Origin: Microcoleaceae cyanobacterium
GTDB taxonomy: Bacteria > Cyanobacteriota > Cyanobacteriia > Cyanobacteriales > Microcoleaceae
Length of the DNA: 56,907 nucleotides
Assembly: GCA_051652765.1 (NCBI GenBank)
Contig: JBOFUV010000087.1
Location: forward strand, 1 to 56,907
Reading direction: 5' to 3'
Shown one piece after another: positions 36,472 through 46,207 of the stretch. Numbering within the stretch: the stretch's first letter is position 1; each line of letters begins with the position of its first letter. The notes below the pieces were generated by a model that made no database searches, was not told where the DNA came from, and was given only the letters and a program-made list of their open reading frames with translations. A program made the position numbers and the translations under genes.

Positions 36472-39000
36472 CTAACCCCGATCTTCTATGGGTAGCTCTA
36501 CCGTAAACGTGGTCATGCCGCCTTGACTCATGACTTGAATGGTGCCGCTGAGCTGTTCTACGAGTTTTTCAACCAGAGCTAAACCCAAACCTGTACCCCC
36601 CTGCTTCCAGGGATCAGCATTGGGAACCCGATAAAACTTTTCAAAAATGCGGGGCAGTTCGGTCTGAGGAATTTCAACCGGATTGGATACTTTAAATTGA
36701 AGGGTTGATGGAGCCGTTTGATCGGGTTCTAATTGAGTTTGCCCAGTATCGTCATCCGTCAACACAGCAGGCAATTTTTGGGGATAGTAATCAATGTCTA
36801 AGACGATTTCCCCGCCATTAGGGCTGTACTTACAGGCATTATTCAATAGCTCTGCGAGCACGCGCTCCAAACTTGCGGAATTGGTTTGAATGGTGGGCAA
36901 GGGAGAAGGGGCTTGAATTTTCAAAACTTGCTGACGCTCTTGAGTTCTAGAATGAAAGGGCGTAACTCTCATGGGCAACCAATCTTCTAGATTGATGGTT
37001 TCCAGGGAAATTGAATCTGTTGACGCTTCTAACTTTTGCAGATCTAACAGGTCATTAATTAAATTAGTTTCACGGGTACACTCAGACTCCAAGATACTAA
37101 TGTATTGCTGAGAGCGATCGCTGGTTGGCACTAATTTCAGCATGTGAACTGCCATTTTGATATTGGCGAGGGGGGTTCTCAATTCATGGGAAACCGTGCT
37201 GAGAAATTCATCCTTCAAGACGTTCAATTTCTGTAGTTCTTTTACTTTTTGTTGCAACTCTGCTGTGCGCTCTTGTACCTGCCGTTCTAGGTCAGTATTG
37301 AGATCTTTGACTTGACGGTAAAGCTGGGCTTGTTGAATGGCGATCGCGAGCTGAGTCGCGAGATGTTGCAGCAAGGTGATTTCTGAAGGCTGCCATTGAC
37401 GGCAACCCGAACATTGATGGACGGCCAAGATGCCCCAGAGTTGATCATCTTCTAGAAGGGGAACAATCAAACACGCTTTAATTTGCTCTGCCTCAAGATA
37501 GAGGGATTCAGTTGGAGAACTATTGGCAGTTTGAGCATTGGCTAGGGTCAGAACGGAGTCAATTTCCAGGACATTGAGATAACTTTGAATCACTTCTGAG
37601 TACAGGGTCTCATTGGAGAGCGATCGCCATCCTAAGGCGACAGATTCAGCAACTTTTGTCCCCGCTTGTTCAGGGGTGAGGCGATAGATCACAACCCGAT
37701 CGGCTTCCAAAACTTGTTGAACTTCGGCAACGGTGGTGTTGAGAATATCTTCTAGGTTAAGGGACTGGTGAATTTGGAGGGAAATTTTTGTCAGGAGTCG
37801 CTCCCGTTGCAATTGTTCGTAAAGCTTTGCCGTGCGTTCTTGAACTTGCTGCTCTAACTGAGCCGCTCGATTTTCTAAAAGCTCAACTTTTTCCGTTTGC
37901 AGTTCTTCCACAGACTGTTGCAATTTACGAACCACTCGAAACATTTCGGTTGGATCAAGCATTCGCAACAGGCTCAGTTGCGTAATGATGCCTAACAATT
38001 CCCCAGATTCCCCACAGACTAATACCCGCTGCATCTTCCGCTGTTGCATCTCCTGATGAGCATACCAGAGGGAATCGTGGGGTTTGAGACAAAAGAGAGA
38101 ACTGGTCATAATCTCCGCCGGAGTTTGCGCTAGGTCAAGCTGTAGGTACTGAGCCTGCACAACATCCTGGGCCGTAATCATGCCAATCGGGGTCAACGGA
38201 TGAGAGTTTGCCCTTGGGTTAGTATGATGGATGGGTTGATGAAGGACAACGCAACTCGTCTGATGCACAGCCATCATTTGAGTGGTTCTCAAAATCGAGG
38301 TTGTGGCTGAAGCGGTTACCACTTTGGTGATCATTTCGTCTTCAACCCGCCGCAGTCTGAGAATGTTTGCAGGTTGAAGCACTTTCCGAATCCGTTCTGG
38401 GGTGACAACCCCTGCCAAGTATCCTTGGTGGGTGAGGACAGGGAGGTGATTGAGTTTTTGATGCTGACGAAATAGAGACAGGGCTGTAAAAATATCCTGA
38501 TCCTCTGACTCGATCAGATTTACCGTGGAAGGGGCCATGACTTCTCCCACCCGAACCCAATGCCACCGATCATCGGTTGAATACTCCAACATACCTCGAG
38601 CAATCAGTTGCACCACATCCCGTTCTGTAATGACCCCTTGCAGAACCAGAGATTTTGCCCGAATGTCTGCCTCTGTCGAATCCATTGATTTAATTGATTC
38701 AATCTCCTGAGACTCAACCTCCAGTGAAGCGATGGGCGGTTTAGAGATGACCACAAATACACAACTGCCCTGGGTTTCTGTCTCAGAGAGAGCACTCAAG
38801 TCCTCTTTCTCCGTCGTTAAAGTAGGGGGATTTGGGAGAGAACAGCGATTATGGGCCTGACCCATCAGCCCAATCACCTCTAGCAAAGACGTGTCTGGGG
38901 TAACCGTCAGAGGATTGCGATTAATCGCTTGTTTTAAGGCTGAGGAATACTGAGGCGTTTGATAAGTGGGCATAACCAGTCTCAGGTGCAATGAACTCAA
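36472..39000 (-). CDS. Sensor histidine kinase (CBS pairs, GAF, HisKA, HATPase)
   Basis: GVITERD CBS, ADRVVIY GAF, SHELRTPL, NACKYS, GTGLGL; start may be slightly downstream. Confidence 0.92.
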   Translation of the reverse strand: MSSLHLRLVMPTYQTPQYSSALKQAINRNPLTVTPDTSLLEVIGLMGQAHNRCSLPNPPTLTTEKEDLSALSETETQGSCVFVVISKPPIASLEVESQEIESIKSMDSTEADIRAKSLVLQGVITERDVVQLIARGMLEYSTDDRWHWVRVGEVMAPSTVNLIESEDQDIFTALSLFRQHQKLNHLPVLTHQGYLAGVVTPERIRKVLQPANILRLRRVEDEMITKVVTASATTSILRTTQMMAVHQTSCVVLHQPIHHTNPRANSHPLTPIGMITAQDVVQAQYLQLDLAQTPAEIMTSSLFCLKPHDSLWYAHQEMQQRKMQRVLVCGESGELLGIITQLSLLRMLDPTEMFRVVRKLQQSVEELQTEKVELLENRAAQLEQQVQERTAKLYEQLQRERLLTKISLQIHQSLNLEDILNTTVAEVQQVLEADRVVIYRLTPEQAGTKVAESVALGWRSLSNETLYSEVIQSYLNVLEIDSVLTLANAQTANSSPTESLYLEAEQIKACLIVPLLEDDQLWGILAVHQCSGCRQWQPSEITLLQHLATQLAIAIQQAQLYRQVKDLNTDLERQVQERTAELQQKVKELQKLNVLKDEFLSTVSHELRTPLANIKMAVHMLKLVPTSDRSQQYISILESECTRETNLINDLLDLQKLEASTDSISLETINLEDWLPMRVTPFHSRTQERQQVLKIQAPSPLPTIQTNSASLERVLAELLNNACKYSPNGGEIVLDIDYYPQKLPAVLTDDDTGQTQLEPDQTAPSTLQFKVSNPVEIPQTELPRIFEKFYRVPNADPWKQGGTGLGLALVEKLVEQLSGTIQVMSQGGMTTFTVELPIEDRG

Positions 39001-39101
39001 TTGATCCGCAGATTTGGCAGATGGAGCGCGTCATTCGTTTCCAAAATCCTTCTCTATAATAAGGGCTATTCCTAGTTATCGTTCTGATTCCTATCTCTTC
39101 C

Positions 39102-39770
39102 ATGAGTGATCCCCTAAGCCTTGAACAAATCGCAGCCCAACTTGAGAGCAACAGTTCTCGCGATCGCATGTTGGCCTTGGCCGCATTGCGAGATATTCCG
39201 GCGGCAGATGCCTTGCCCTTGATTAAAAAAGTTCTCTACGATCCGAATGGGCCGATTCGCTCCATGGCCATTTTTGCCCTGGGAGTCAAGCCCACTGCAG
39301 AGTCTTACCCGATCTTGATAAAATTGCTCGAAACCGACCCAGACTACGGCATCCGGGCCGATGCTGCCGGGGCCTTGGGATATCTAGAAGATCATCGCGC
39401 CTTTGAACCGTTGGTGCGGGCTTTTTATGAAGACACTGATTGGCTCGTACGATTTAGTGCGGCGGTGTCCCTCGGCAATCTAAAGGATGTCCGGGCCCAT
39501 GATGTTTTGATGAAAGCTTTGGATAGCGAAGAAATCGTGGTGCAGCAAGGGGCGATCGCTGCCTTGGGAGAGATCGGAGATATGGGCGCTGTGGAGAGAA
39601 TTCTAGACTTTGCTCAGTCAGAGGATTGGCTGATTCGCCAGAGTTTGGCCACCGCTCTCGGCAGTTTGCCCAGTGAAAAAAGCAAGGCTGCATTAAACTA
39701 CCTGGCAAAAGACAGCAATTTACAAGTGGCTCAAGCGGCTGAACGTTCCATAGAGCGGTTATCTCCATGA
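39102..39770 (+). CDS. nblB: HEAT-repeat PBS lyase-like protein (NblB-like)
   Basis: DYGIRADAAGALG, DWLVRFSAAVSLG repeats. Confidence 0.75.
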   Translation: MSDPLSLEQIAAQLESNSSRDRMLALAALRDIPAADALPLIKKVLYDPNGPIRSMAIFALGVKPTAESYPILIKLLETDPDYGIRADAAGALGYLEDHRAFEPLVRAFYEDTDWLVRFSAAVSLGNLKDVRAHDVLMKALDSEEIVVQQGAIAALGEIGDMGAVERILDFAQSEDWLIRQSLATALGSLPSEKSKAALNYLAKDSNLQVAQAAERSIERLSP

Positions 39771-40285
39771 ACAAGCTGCTCGAAAATTGGGGCTTCAGCC
39801 CTGAAGGTTGGAAAACGGGACAACGGGGTGAATACCTGGTTTTACTTCAGGGTATGTTGCTGATCGGGTTTGTGTTGCTTCCGGTTTATGCGCTTCCGGG
39901 CGTGTCTTCCCTGTCAACCTTCTGGAGAACGGCATTCTGGGTCATGGCAGGAATTCTTGGTGTAATTTCATGCGGCGTGATCGGGAAAGGTGTGATGGAT
40001 CTGGGTCAGAGTTTAACACCGTTGCCCTATCCCAAGCAGGATGGGGAACTTGTCCAAACCGGAGCCTATGGCGTTGTGCGCCATCCTCTATACAGTGGCT
40101 TGATTTTGGCCGCGTTGGGCTGGGCGATTTTTCAACTGAGTGTTTCCCATTTTTTGGGAACAATTGTTTTGTTTGTTTTCTTCGATTTCAAGGCGCGGCG
40201 GGAGGAACAATGGCTGCTGGAAAAATACCCGGACTATTCAGATTATCGAAATCGAGTGAAGAAGTTACTGCCGGGACTGTATTAG
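39767..40285 (+). CDS. Isoprenylcysteine carboxylmethyltransferase family membrane protein
   Basis: LVQTGAYGVVRHPLY, EEQWL..Y.DY. Confidence 0.88.
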   Translation: MNKLLENWGFSPEGWKTGQRGEYLVLLQGMLLIGFVLLPVYALPGVSSLSTFWRTAFWVMAGILGVISCGVIGKGVMDLGQSLTPLPYPKQDGELVQTGAYGVVRHPLYSGLILAALGWAIFQLSVSHFLGTIVLFVFFDFKARREEQWLLEKYPDYSDYRNRVKKLLPGLY

Positions 40286-40468
40286 TGGTTTGTTACCCTT
40301 GATTAGTTTGTTAACCTTGACTGGGTTGTGTCGGTTGGGTTTCACTGTTTCTACTGACTTAGGGCAAGATTGCTACCCAGGTTATGGCATCCCAAATCAG
40401 TTGTGAACGCTCTAGAACTTGTAGTCTAAAACTTATTGAACTCTAAAACTTGAACCCTAGATTGAACT

Positions 40469-41143
40469 CTAGAACGTGTAGTTGCGATCGCGCACCCAGA
40501 GACTCAATGGAATTGCTTTCCCCTGAGCATTGACTTTGGCTTCTACCACAAAAGCTTCTGGTGTTCTAGTTTGGGTTTCTTGAATATTGGCATTCACCTG
40601 TTCTCGTTGGTCTTCCGGCATATAGTAACGTTCTACGCCGTACCGGATTGCCCAGCCTTCAGACACCCCCTGGATGACAATCTGGTTTGCTTCTAAGGAT
40701 TGAGGCAGTTGAGCGCTGACTCTCACCGGTTTCCAGGCTTGGGGCGGGGAAGTTTGAGCAGAGTTTGAGGGTTGTTCTAGCACAACATACAACTGGGTGC
40801 CGCGTTCGGGATAGGCTCCTTTGCTAGCCACCTCTTGCCAACCGGGCAGAGAACCCAAAGTTTCCAGGGTAGAAATGTCATAGCTCAAGGTCTGAGAATA
40901 GCCGCGCAGCAGGTCATAGGGATCAACTGGCATAGTTTGTAAAATTACTGTTTTCCCAGTGATATAGGTATGGACAGCCTGGGCTGGAACCGACAAAATT
41001 AAGACCAGTTGAAGGAGCAGTGGCAGCCAGAACCGTTGGTGAGGAATTCTGCGGGGTAAAGTTGGGGTGGAGAGATTTTCCTGTAGAATTTGAGGCTGTT
41101 CAGTTTGAGGCTCAAGCTCGTATTGACCAGATTTTTCGCTCAT
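40469..41143 (-). CDS. GDYXXLXY-domain membrane-anchored protein
   Basis: PVDPYDLLRGYSQTLSY; YGVERYY; follows DUF2157. Confidence 0.85.
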   Translation of the reverse strand: MSEKSGQYELEPQTEQPQILQENLSTPTLPRRIPHQRFWLPLLLQLVLILSVPAQAVHTYITGKTVILQTMPVDPYDLLRGYSQTLSYDISTLETLGSLPGWQEVASKGAYPERGTQLYVVLEQPSNSAQTSPPQAWKPVRVSAQLPQSLEANQIVIQGVSEGWAIRYGVERYYMPEDQREQVNANIQETQTRTPEAFVVEAKVNAQGKAIPLSLWVRDRNYTF

Positions 41144-41212
41144 TGTGATTGTGATAATTTCTATACTGTTTGCAAGCCTAAAGGTTCTATAACGATATCT
41201 ATCATGGCTCAG

Positions 41213-42652
41213 TTACCCTTCAGTTTCACCCTGATCTGGAGTAAAGGAAGCAATCGAAGACTTCTTTTTTTCTAAAGCGAAGTGCCGTTCATACCACAGT
41301 CCAGCCAGCATAACTCCTATGCCGCACAAGGTGAACACGAGAGCTTTAAGAATTAATTCTGTATTGTATTCAAAAGTGCGGCTAACAATCTGCAACACCA
41401 CTAGAACCATTCCTCCCCAGAATGCTCCTCGGTTTCCTTGGGCCAATCCCAGGCGAATTAATCCGGCTGCTAGCAAGAACAATTGCAGATTAAAAATCAC
41501 TGTTGCCGGGGTGGAAATTTCACCGAGATTCAGATGCCAAAAGCTGACAATGGCAGTAATGACTAAAAAACCAGCAATGACTGTTGTCACCTGATCAAAG
41601 CCCCAAGAACGAGTCGGATGAACTGAACTCGGTTTAGCGAGGTGAAACCATTCCCACAACGTTAAACCTAAGAAGACCAATACATCAATCAGAAGCAATA
41701 GTTTCAGAGTACTAGATTCATCGGGAGCAAGTTTCGCCCAGGCTTCCCAAGATCCTCGAAAAGAATAGATGAAAAAGATACTGCTTAAAACCCAAATTGC
41801 CAAGTTCCGGGCGGTCGATCGAAATTGTCGGCTGTGATTTCGAGGCCACAAACTATCGTCATATCCCCATAGAAACCCCGGAACCAAGGTGAGGGAAATG
41901 ACTCCCCACACTCCCAAATTCCAATCCCCTAGCTTGAGAATATTGACTTCTAAAGCAGAGACAATCACAGCTAAAGCCAGGATAAAAATGATACGAGACT
42001 GACACCAATAGGCTAAAGGGATGAATAAAATACCTCCAATGAGTGCCATGTGTTCGAGGAGAAATTGCAATCCGGAATTCTGCATGGGCAAGAAAATATC
42101 AGAGATTCCCTGCCAATACCCCCAGCCCATAAGTAAAATGCCTAAGATCCCCAGAGAGGTCAAACGCAGGCCGTAGGCCATTGCTAAAACCCCCAAACCC
42201 CAGATCAGGAAAAGTCCGTACAGATCCCCATCCAGATGAAACAGTTGAGACATCAAGGCTAAATTTGCCCCCAAACTCAAGGCCCCAAAAATTAGCAACC
42301 CTTCTCCCAAACGTTGATTGCTTCCACTCAGGGTTTTTGCCTGCAGATCAGAACGCCAAAGGTAAAATCCAACCGTGTTCGTGCCCACGAATAGCATCAG
42401 CAGGAGAATCGTCTTCAGTTCCCGTGGCCACTTTTGCCAATTGGCTGCGACAAAAGTAATTACACCCAGCCCTAAAAGAACTGCCCCCAAGCCAATCAGG
42501 ATCATCACAAACCGATTGCTCGCCAGGGTCTCAATCGCCTCAAACTGATACCGCTGGGAGATTTGTTGATAGGCAGTATCATCGATCAACTTCTCTGCTT
42601 TCCAAAGCTGAACTTCCTGGCGAAGCTGACGACGAAACTTTTCTGAAGCCAT
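41213..42652 (-). CDS. DUF2157 membrane protein
   Basis: LGVITFVAANW, many TM helices. Confidence 0.85.
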   Translation of the reverse strand: MASEKFRRQLRQEVQLWKAEKLIDDTAYQQISQRYQFEAIETLASNRFVMILIGLGAVLLGLGVITFVAANWQKWPRELKTILLLMLFVGTNTVGFYLWRSDLQAKTLSGSNQRLGEGLLIFGALSLGANLALMSQLFHLDGDLYGLFLIWGLGVLAMAYGLRLTSLGILGILLMGWGYWQGISDIFLPMQNSGLQFLLEHMALIGGILFIPLAYWCQSRIIFILALAVIVSALEVNILKLGDWNLGVWGVISLTLVPGFLWGYDDSLWPRNHSRQFRSTARNLAIWVLSSIFFIYSFRGSWEAWAKLAPDESSTLKLLLLIDVLVFLGLTLWEWFHLAKPSSVHPTRSWGFDQVTTVIAGFLVITAIVSFWHLNLGEISTPATVIFNLQLFLLAAGLIRLGLAQGNRGAFWGGMVLVVLQIVSRTFEYNTELILKALVFTLCGIGVMLAGLWYERHFALEKKKSSIASFTPDQGETEG

Positions 42653-42853
42653 AATATTTAAAGGACTATTTAAATCAAACTCAACGCTCGCCTAGGCTGT
42701 TGCCAAAGTCTATCAAAAGATCTTCTTAAAAGGTCTGTCTAAAAAGCCTGAAACTTTTAGGTTCGGCAGCTTGCTTAACCTTGGTAGCCCGGACGGCTAT
42801 CCCGCATTACTTAATCCAAAACGCCAATTCACAACCCTAACGAACCCGCTAAA

Positions 42854-43507
42854 CTAACCCGGCCCATAAGAGCCATTTCCTTGCAAATGTTGACGACCGT
42901 TGCGAATCACCCGCAACATTTCAGTCAACTGTCGTTCAACCGAGTCCAATACATGATCAGCGTAATCATCTGCCCCATCTTGAATCTCCTGACATTCCGC
43001 AATTGTCCTAGAGCGCATCTCCTCAATCTCTTGCTGAGATTGGTAGCGAATTTGATCAATTTCTGTCAAAGTTTGCTGTTGTAGGGCTTCGCAGTCACCT
43101 TGAATCTGCTGGCGAATTTGATTGGCCTCGGTCTGAGCCTGCTGAATAATCCCCAGTTCATTTAAGATTTGAGTAGCCCGTTGCTCAGAAAGTTCCAGGA
43201 TTTCCTGGGCATATTCCTCAGCTTCTTGGAGGATCTCGTCTTTGTGCCGCACAATAATATCTGCTTCTTGAAAAGCACTGGGCAAGTTGAGACGAATCAG
43301 ATCGAGCTGATCGAGCAATTTCTGCTCGTTGACAAGAGTTCGGCGGGTCAGGGGAATTTGAGGACTGTACAGAATCATCTCTTCCAGCCGATTCAGTTCT
43401 CGCTGGATATCTATTCCGGGAGAGCCACTCATGGGAGCCGATTCATGTTCTGGAATACGTCCGTTGGGTTCGGGTTCGATTCGGGGTACAGATTCCTGGC
43501 GTAGCAT
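42854..43507 (-). CDS. DivIVA-like cell division protein (Cdv3-like)
   Basis: Coiled coil, GADDYAD motif, overlaps coaD 3' end. Confidence 0.8.
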   Translation of the reverse strand: MLRQESVPRIEPEPNGRIPEHESAPMSGSPGIDIQRELNRLEEMILYSPQIPLTRRTLVNEQKLLDQLDLIRLNLPSAFQEADIIVRHKDEILQEAEEYAQEILELSEQRATQILNELGIIQQAQTEANQIRQQIQGDCEALQQQTLTEIDQIRYQSQQEIEEMRSRTIAECQEIQDGADDYADHVLDSVERQLTEMLRVIRNGRQHLQGNGSYGPG

Positions 43508-43971
43508 TGATAAATATCTATAGCAACATGTTTGGGGACAAGATGATCAACAGAGCCACCGCACTTAGCAATTTCTTTAACGACACTACTGGATAAGAAG
43601 CTATACTCGTTTGAAGTTGCCAAGAAAACTGTCTCGATTGTATCAGACAGGGTTTTATTCGTGTGAGCCATCTGAAGTTCCATCTCAAAATCTGATAGAA
43701 CCCTTAATCCTCGCAGGAGAACTTGAGCATTCCTAATTCTGGCATACTCTATGGTCAATCCTTCAAAACTAACAACTTCTACTCGGTTTGCCAAATGTTG
43801 AGTAGAAAGACGGATTTGCTGTAATCGTTGCTCAACTGTGAACAACGGAATCTTGTTTGGATTGCCAAGAACTGCAACAATCACCTTTTCAAATAATTTG
43901 CACCCTCTCGCAATAATATCGAGATGACCCAGAGTAATTGGGTCAAAACTGCCTGGATAGATGGCAATCAC
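43429..43971 (-). CDS. coaD: Pantetheine-phosphate adenylyltransferase
   Basis: [27 protein letters not shown] start 43971. Confidence 0.95.
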   Translation of the reverse strand: MIAIYPGSFDPITLGHLDIIARGCKLFEKVIVAVLGNPNKIPLFTVEQRLQQIRLSTQHLANRVEVVSFEGLTIEYARIRNAQVLLRGLRVLSDFEMELQMAHTNKTLSDTIETVFLATSNEYSFLSSSVVKEIAKCGGSVDHLVPKHVAIDIYQCYARNLYPESNPNPTDVFQNMNRLP

Positions 43972-44047
43972 AGCAGGAGTAAGGTAAGAGTTGTCTAATA
44001 AAGTATATAGCGATTTCCCATACAAATTGATGATTCAAATTGATGAT

Positions 44048-44398
44048 TCAAATTGAATCTTTGGCTTCCCCCAAAAGTTCAGCTTCATCTAGGGGATCTT
44101 CGATGCCAAACTCTAGGGGCTGGGGAAAGTTGAAATGGGCTCGAATTTGCGCTTCGGCGGCATCCGGATCTTGATAAATGAGCTCTAGGAATTGGCTGGG
44201 AGATAATCCCAGGGGCTCAGCATAAAAGCTAATTTCATCCATGATTCGGGATTGGGACTGGCGCAGGTAGAGGCTCAAGCAGTGGTGGGCTTGAACGGAG
44301 GGTTGCCGCTGGAACCGAAAAAAACTGAGGGCTGCCAGCAATCTGTCTTCATAAGGTTTCAGGGGTTTGAGTGGAGTGGACTGAGGTTGTCTTGACAT
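44048..44398 (-). CDS. Hypothetical protein
   Basis: 116 aa ORF co-oriented with neighbours. Confidence 0.65.
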   Translation of the reverse strand: MSRQPQSTPLKPLKPYEDRLLAALSFFRFQRQPSVQAHHCLSLYLRQSQSRIMDEISFYAEPLGLSPSQFLELIYQDPDAAEAQIRAHFNFPQPLEFGIEDPLDEAELLGEAKDSI

Positions 44399-44530
44399 AG
44401 GGTAATTTCAGAGATTCTCTTTCAGAGATTAACTTTCATCTAAGATCTAATCCATTGAGATCTAATCCGTAAATCTCGTGGGATGGCTGTCCCGGCTGTT
44501 TGAGTCAGGCAGAGTGCCGACCCCCAAGCC

Positions 44531-45466
44531 TTAGGACAGTTGTAGAATTTCATCATCCGTTGAGAAATCGACCTGAAGTTTGTCCTGCCCTGTGGCCAAA
44601 TAGTCCGTTTGAAACGAATCCTTTAAACCAGAAATCAAATCATATTGCGGTCTCCAGTCCAGCTCGTGCATTGCTTTATGAATCTCTGCAAAAAAGTGCT
44701 GTACCCGCATCGGAAAAGCTTTACGACTCCCAAAGTCAAATTGCTTAGGGTTGTAGTGAACGAGCTTTAACCCTTCAGGGGATTGTCCCGCCGCCACAGC
44801 ACAGGCTCGGGCCAAACCATCGAACGTCACATAGCGATCGCCCGAAACATTATAAATTTGTCCAATCGCAGTCTGATTCCCCAAAACGGCTGCCATAGCC
44901 TCCGCCAAATCCTGGACATGGCCCAATTGACTGATCGACGCGCCATCCCCCGGAATCGGAATCGGACGGTTGGCGACAATTCGATCAAAAAACCAGGATT
45001 CTAACGGATTATAGTTCAATGGCCCATAAATATAGGTGGGACGAATCGATGTCCAAGGTAAACCCTGAGCTTCCAGATAGGTTTCGGTTTCATGCTTGCC
45101 AATGTGGCGACTTTTGGGGTCAATGGCATCGCCTTCGAGATGGGGCATTTGGTCGGACTTCGCATAAACCCCGGCTGAACTCATGTAGACAAAGTGCTGC
45201 ACCCGATCTTTGAACAAATCTGCCAACGCTTGAGTGTCGCTCAATTGCCGACCGTTGTTGTCAAAAATGGCATCGAACTCTTCGGGGGCCAACTTAGCTT
45301 GAATCTGGTCTGGATCGGTGCGATCGCCCTGGATTTGTTGAATTCCCTGCACTGGGGCAGGCTGATTCCCCCGATTGAACAAAACTACAGTATGACCTCT
45401 TTCAACCAAAAGTTTTGTGAGATAGACCCCAATAAATCGGGTGCCGCCCATGATTAAAATTCGCAT
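44531..45466 (-). CDS. NAD-dependent epimerase/dehydratase family (CSP41-like)
   Basis: MGGTRFIG, SSAGVY, RPTYIYG. Confidence 0.9.
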   Translation of the reverse strand: MRILIMGGTRFIGVYLTKLLVERGHTVVLFNRGNQPAPVQGIQQIQGDRTDPDQIQAKLAPEEFDAIFDNNGRQLSDTQALADLFKDRVQHFVYMSSAGVYAKSDQMPHLEGDAIDPKSRHIGKHETETYLEAQGLPWTSIRPTYIYGPLNYNPLESWFFDRIVANRPIPIPGDGASISQLGHVQDLAEAMAAVLGNQTAIGQIYNVSGDRYVTFDGLARACAVAAGQSPEGLKLVHYNPKQFDFGSRKAFPMRVQHFFAEIHKAMHELDWRPQYDLISGLKDSFQTDYLATGQDKLQVDFSTDDEILQLS

Positions 45467-45602
45467 CTTTTACAACACTATATTCCTAAAAAATATATTC
45501 CTTAAAAGACCAGGGTAGAGGAAACCCTGGCCCTAATCAATACCCATACCGAATTGTGAAACAATCGGTCAATTGCTGAGTACTTATTCTTAGTACTTGT
45601 TC

Positions 45603-46079
45603 TTAGTACTTGTAGATTGCTCCATCGGGCTGAATATTAACTGTACGAACGCCGCTGGGGTCACTACTGAGCATGACTGCAACATTCACACTATTGTCGT
45701 CACCCACTTGAATTTCATATCTGAGACTGGCTTCACGGGCATTTGCACTGGGGTTGATCAGCAAAAAAACTTCACGGGGCAGGTTGGTCAACTCAGTTGT
45801 GCCACCTTTCGGCACAGTTCGGATGTCAATATCTCCCGTCGTCAAGCTGTATTCGAGATCAATCCCAGCTTGATTTTTGATCACGATCTTGTATGGCGCA
45901 TTGGGATTGATCCGAGCAACGGGCTGCCATGGCCCTGGTCTAAAACTAGGAGCGGGATTATCTTGAGCGATCGCAGGCTCCTGATCCATCACAACCATGA
46001 CCCCAGGAAACAGGGTAAATCCACCCATTGTCCCTAGGGCAAGAACTTTACCCAGGCTTTTCCACAACAAACGCAACAT
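45603..46079 (-). CDS. Hypothetical secreted protein
   Basis: GGAGG SD before ATG 46079; signal peptide ending AIAQ. Confidence 0.7.
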   Translation of the reverse strand: MLRLLWKSLGKVLALGTMGGFTLFPGVMVVMDQEPAIAQDNPAPSFRPGPWQPVARINPNAPYKIVIKNQAGIDLEYSLTTGDIDIRTVPKGGTTELTNLPREVFLLINPSANAREASLRYEIQVGDDNSVNVAVMLSSDPSGVRTVNIQPDGAIYKY

Positions 46080-46207
46080 ATAACCTCCAAATATTGACAG
46101 TAATTCTTGCTTTCTAAGAAGAGGTTTAGGGGTCAAAAGTTGCAGAAGAATAGAAGACCTACAACTTCTGGTACTTTATCCCTGAAACCCCTGATTTAAA
46201 CCCACAA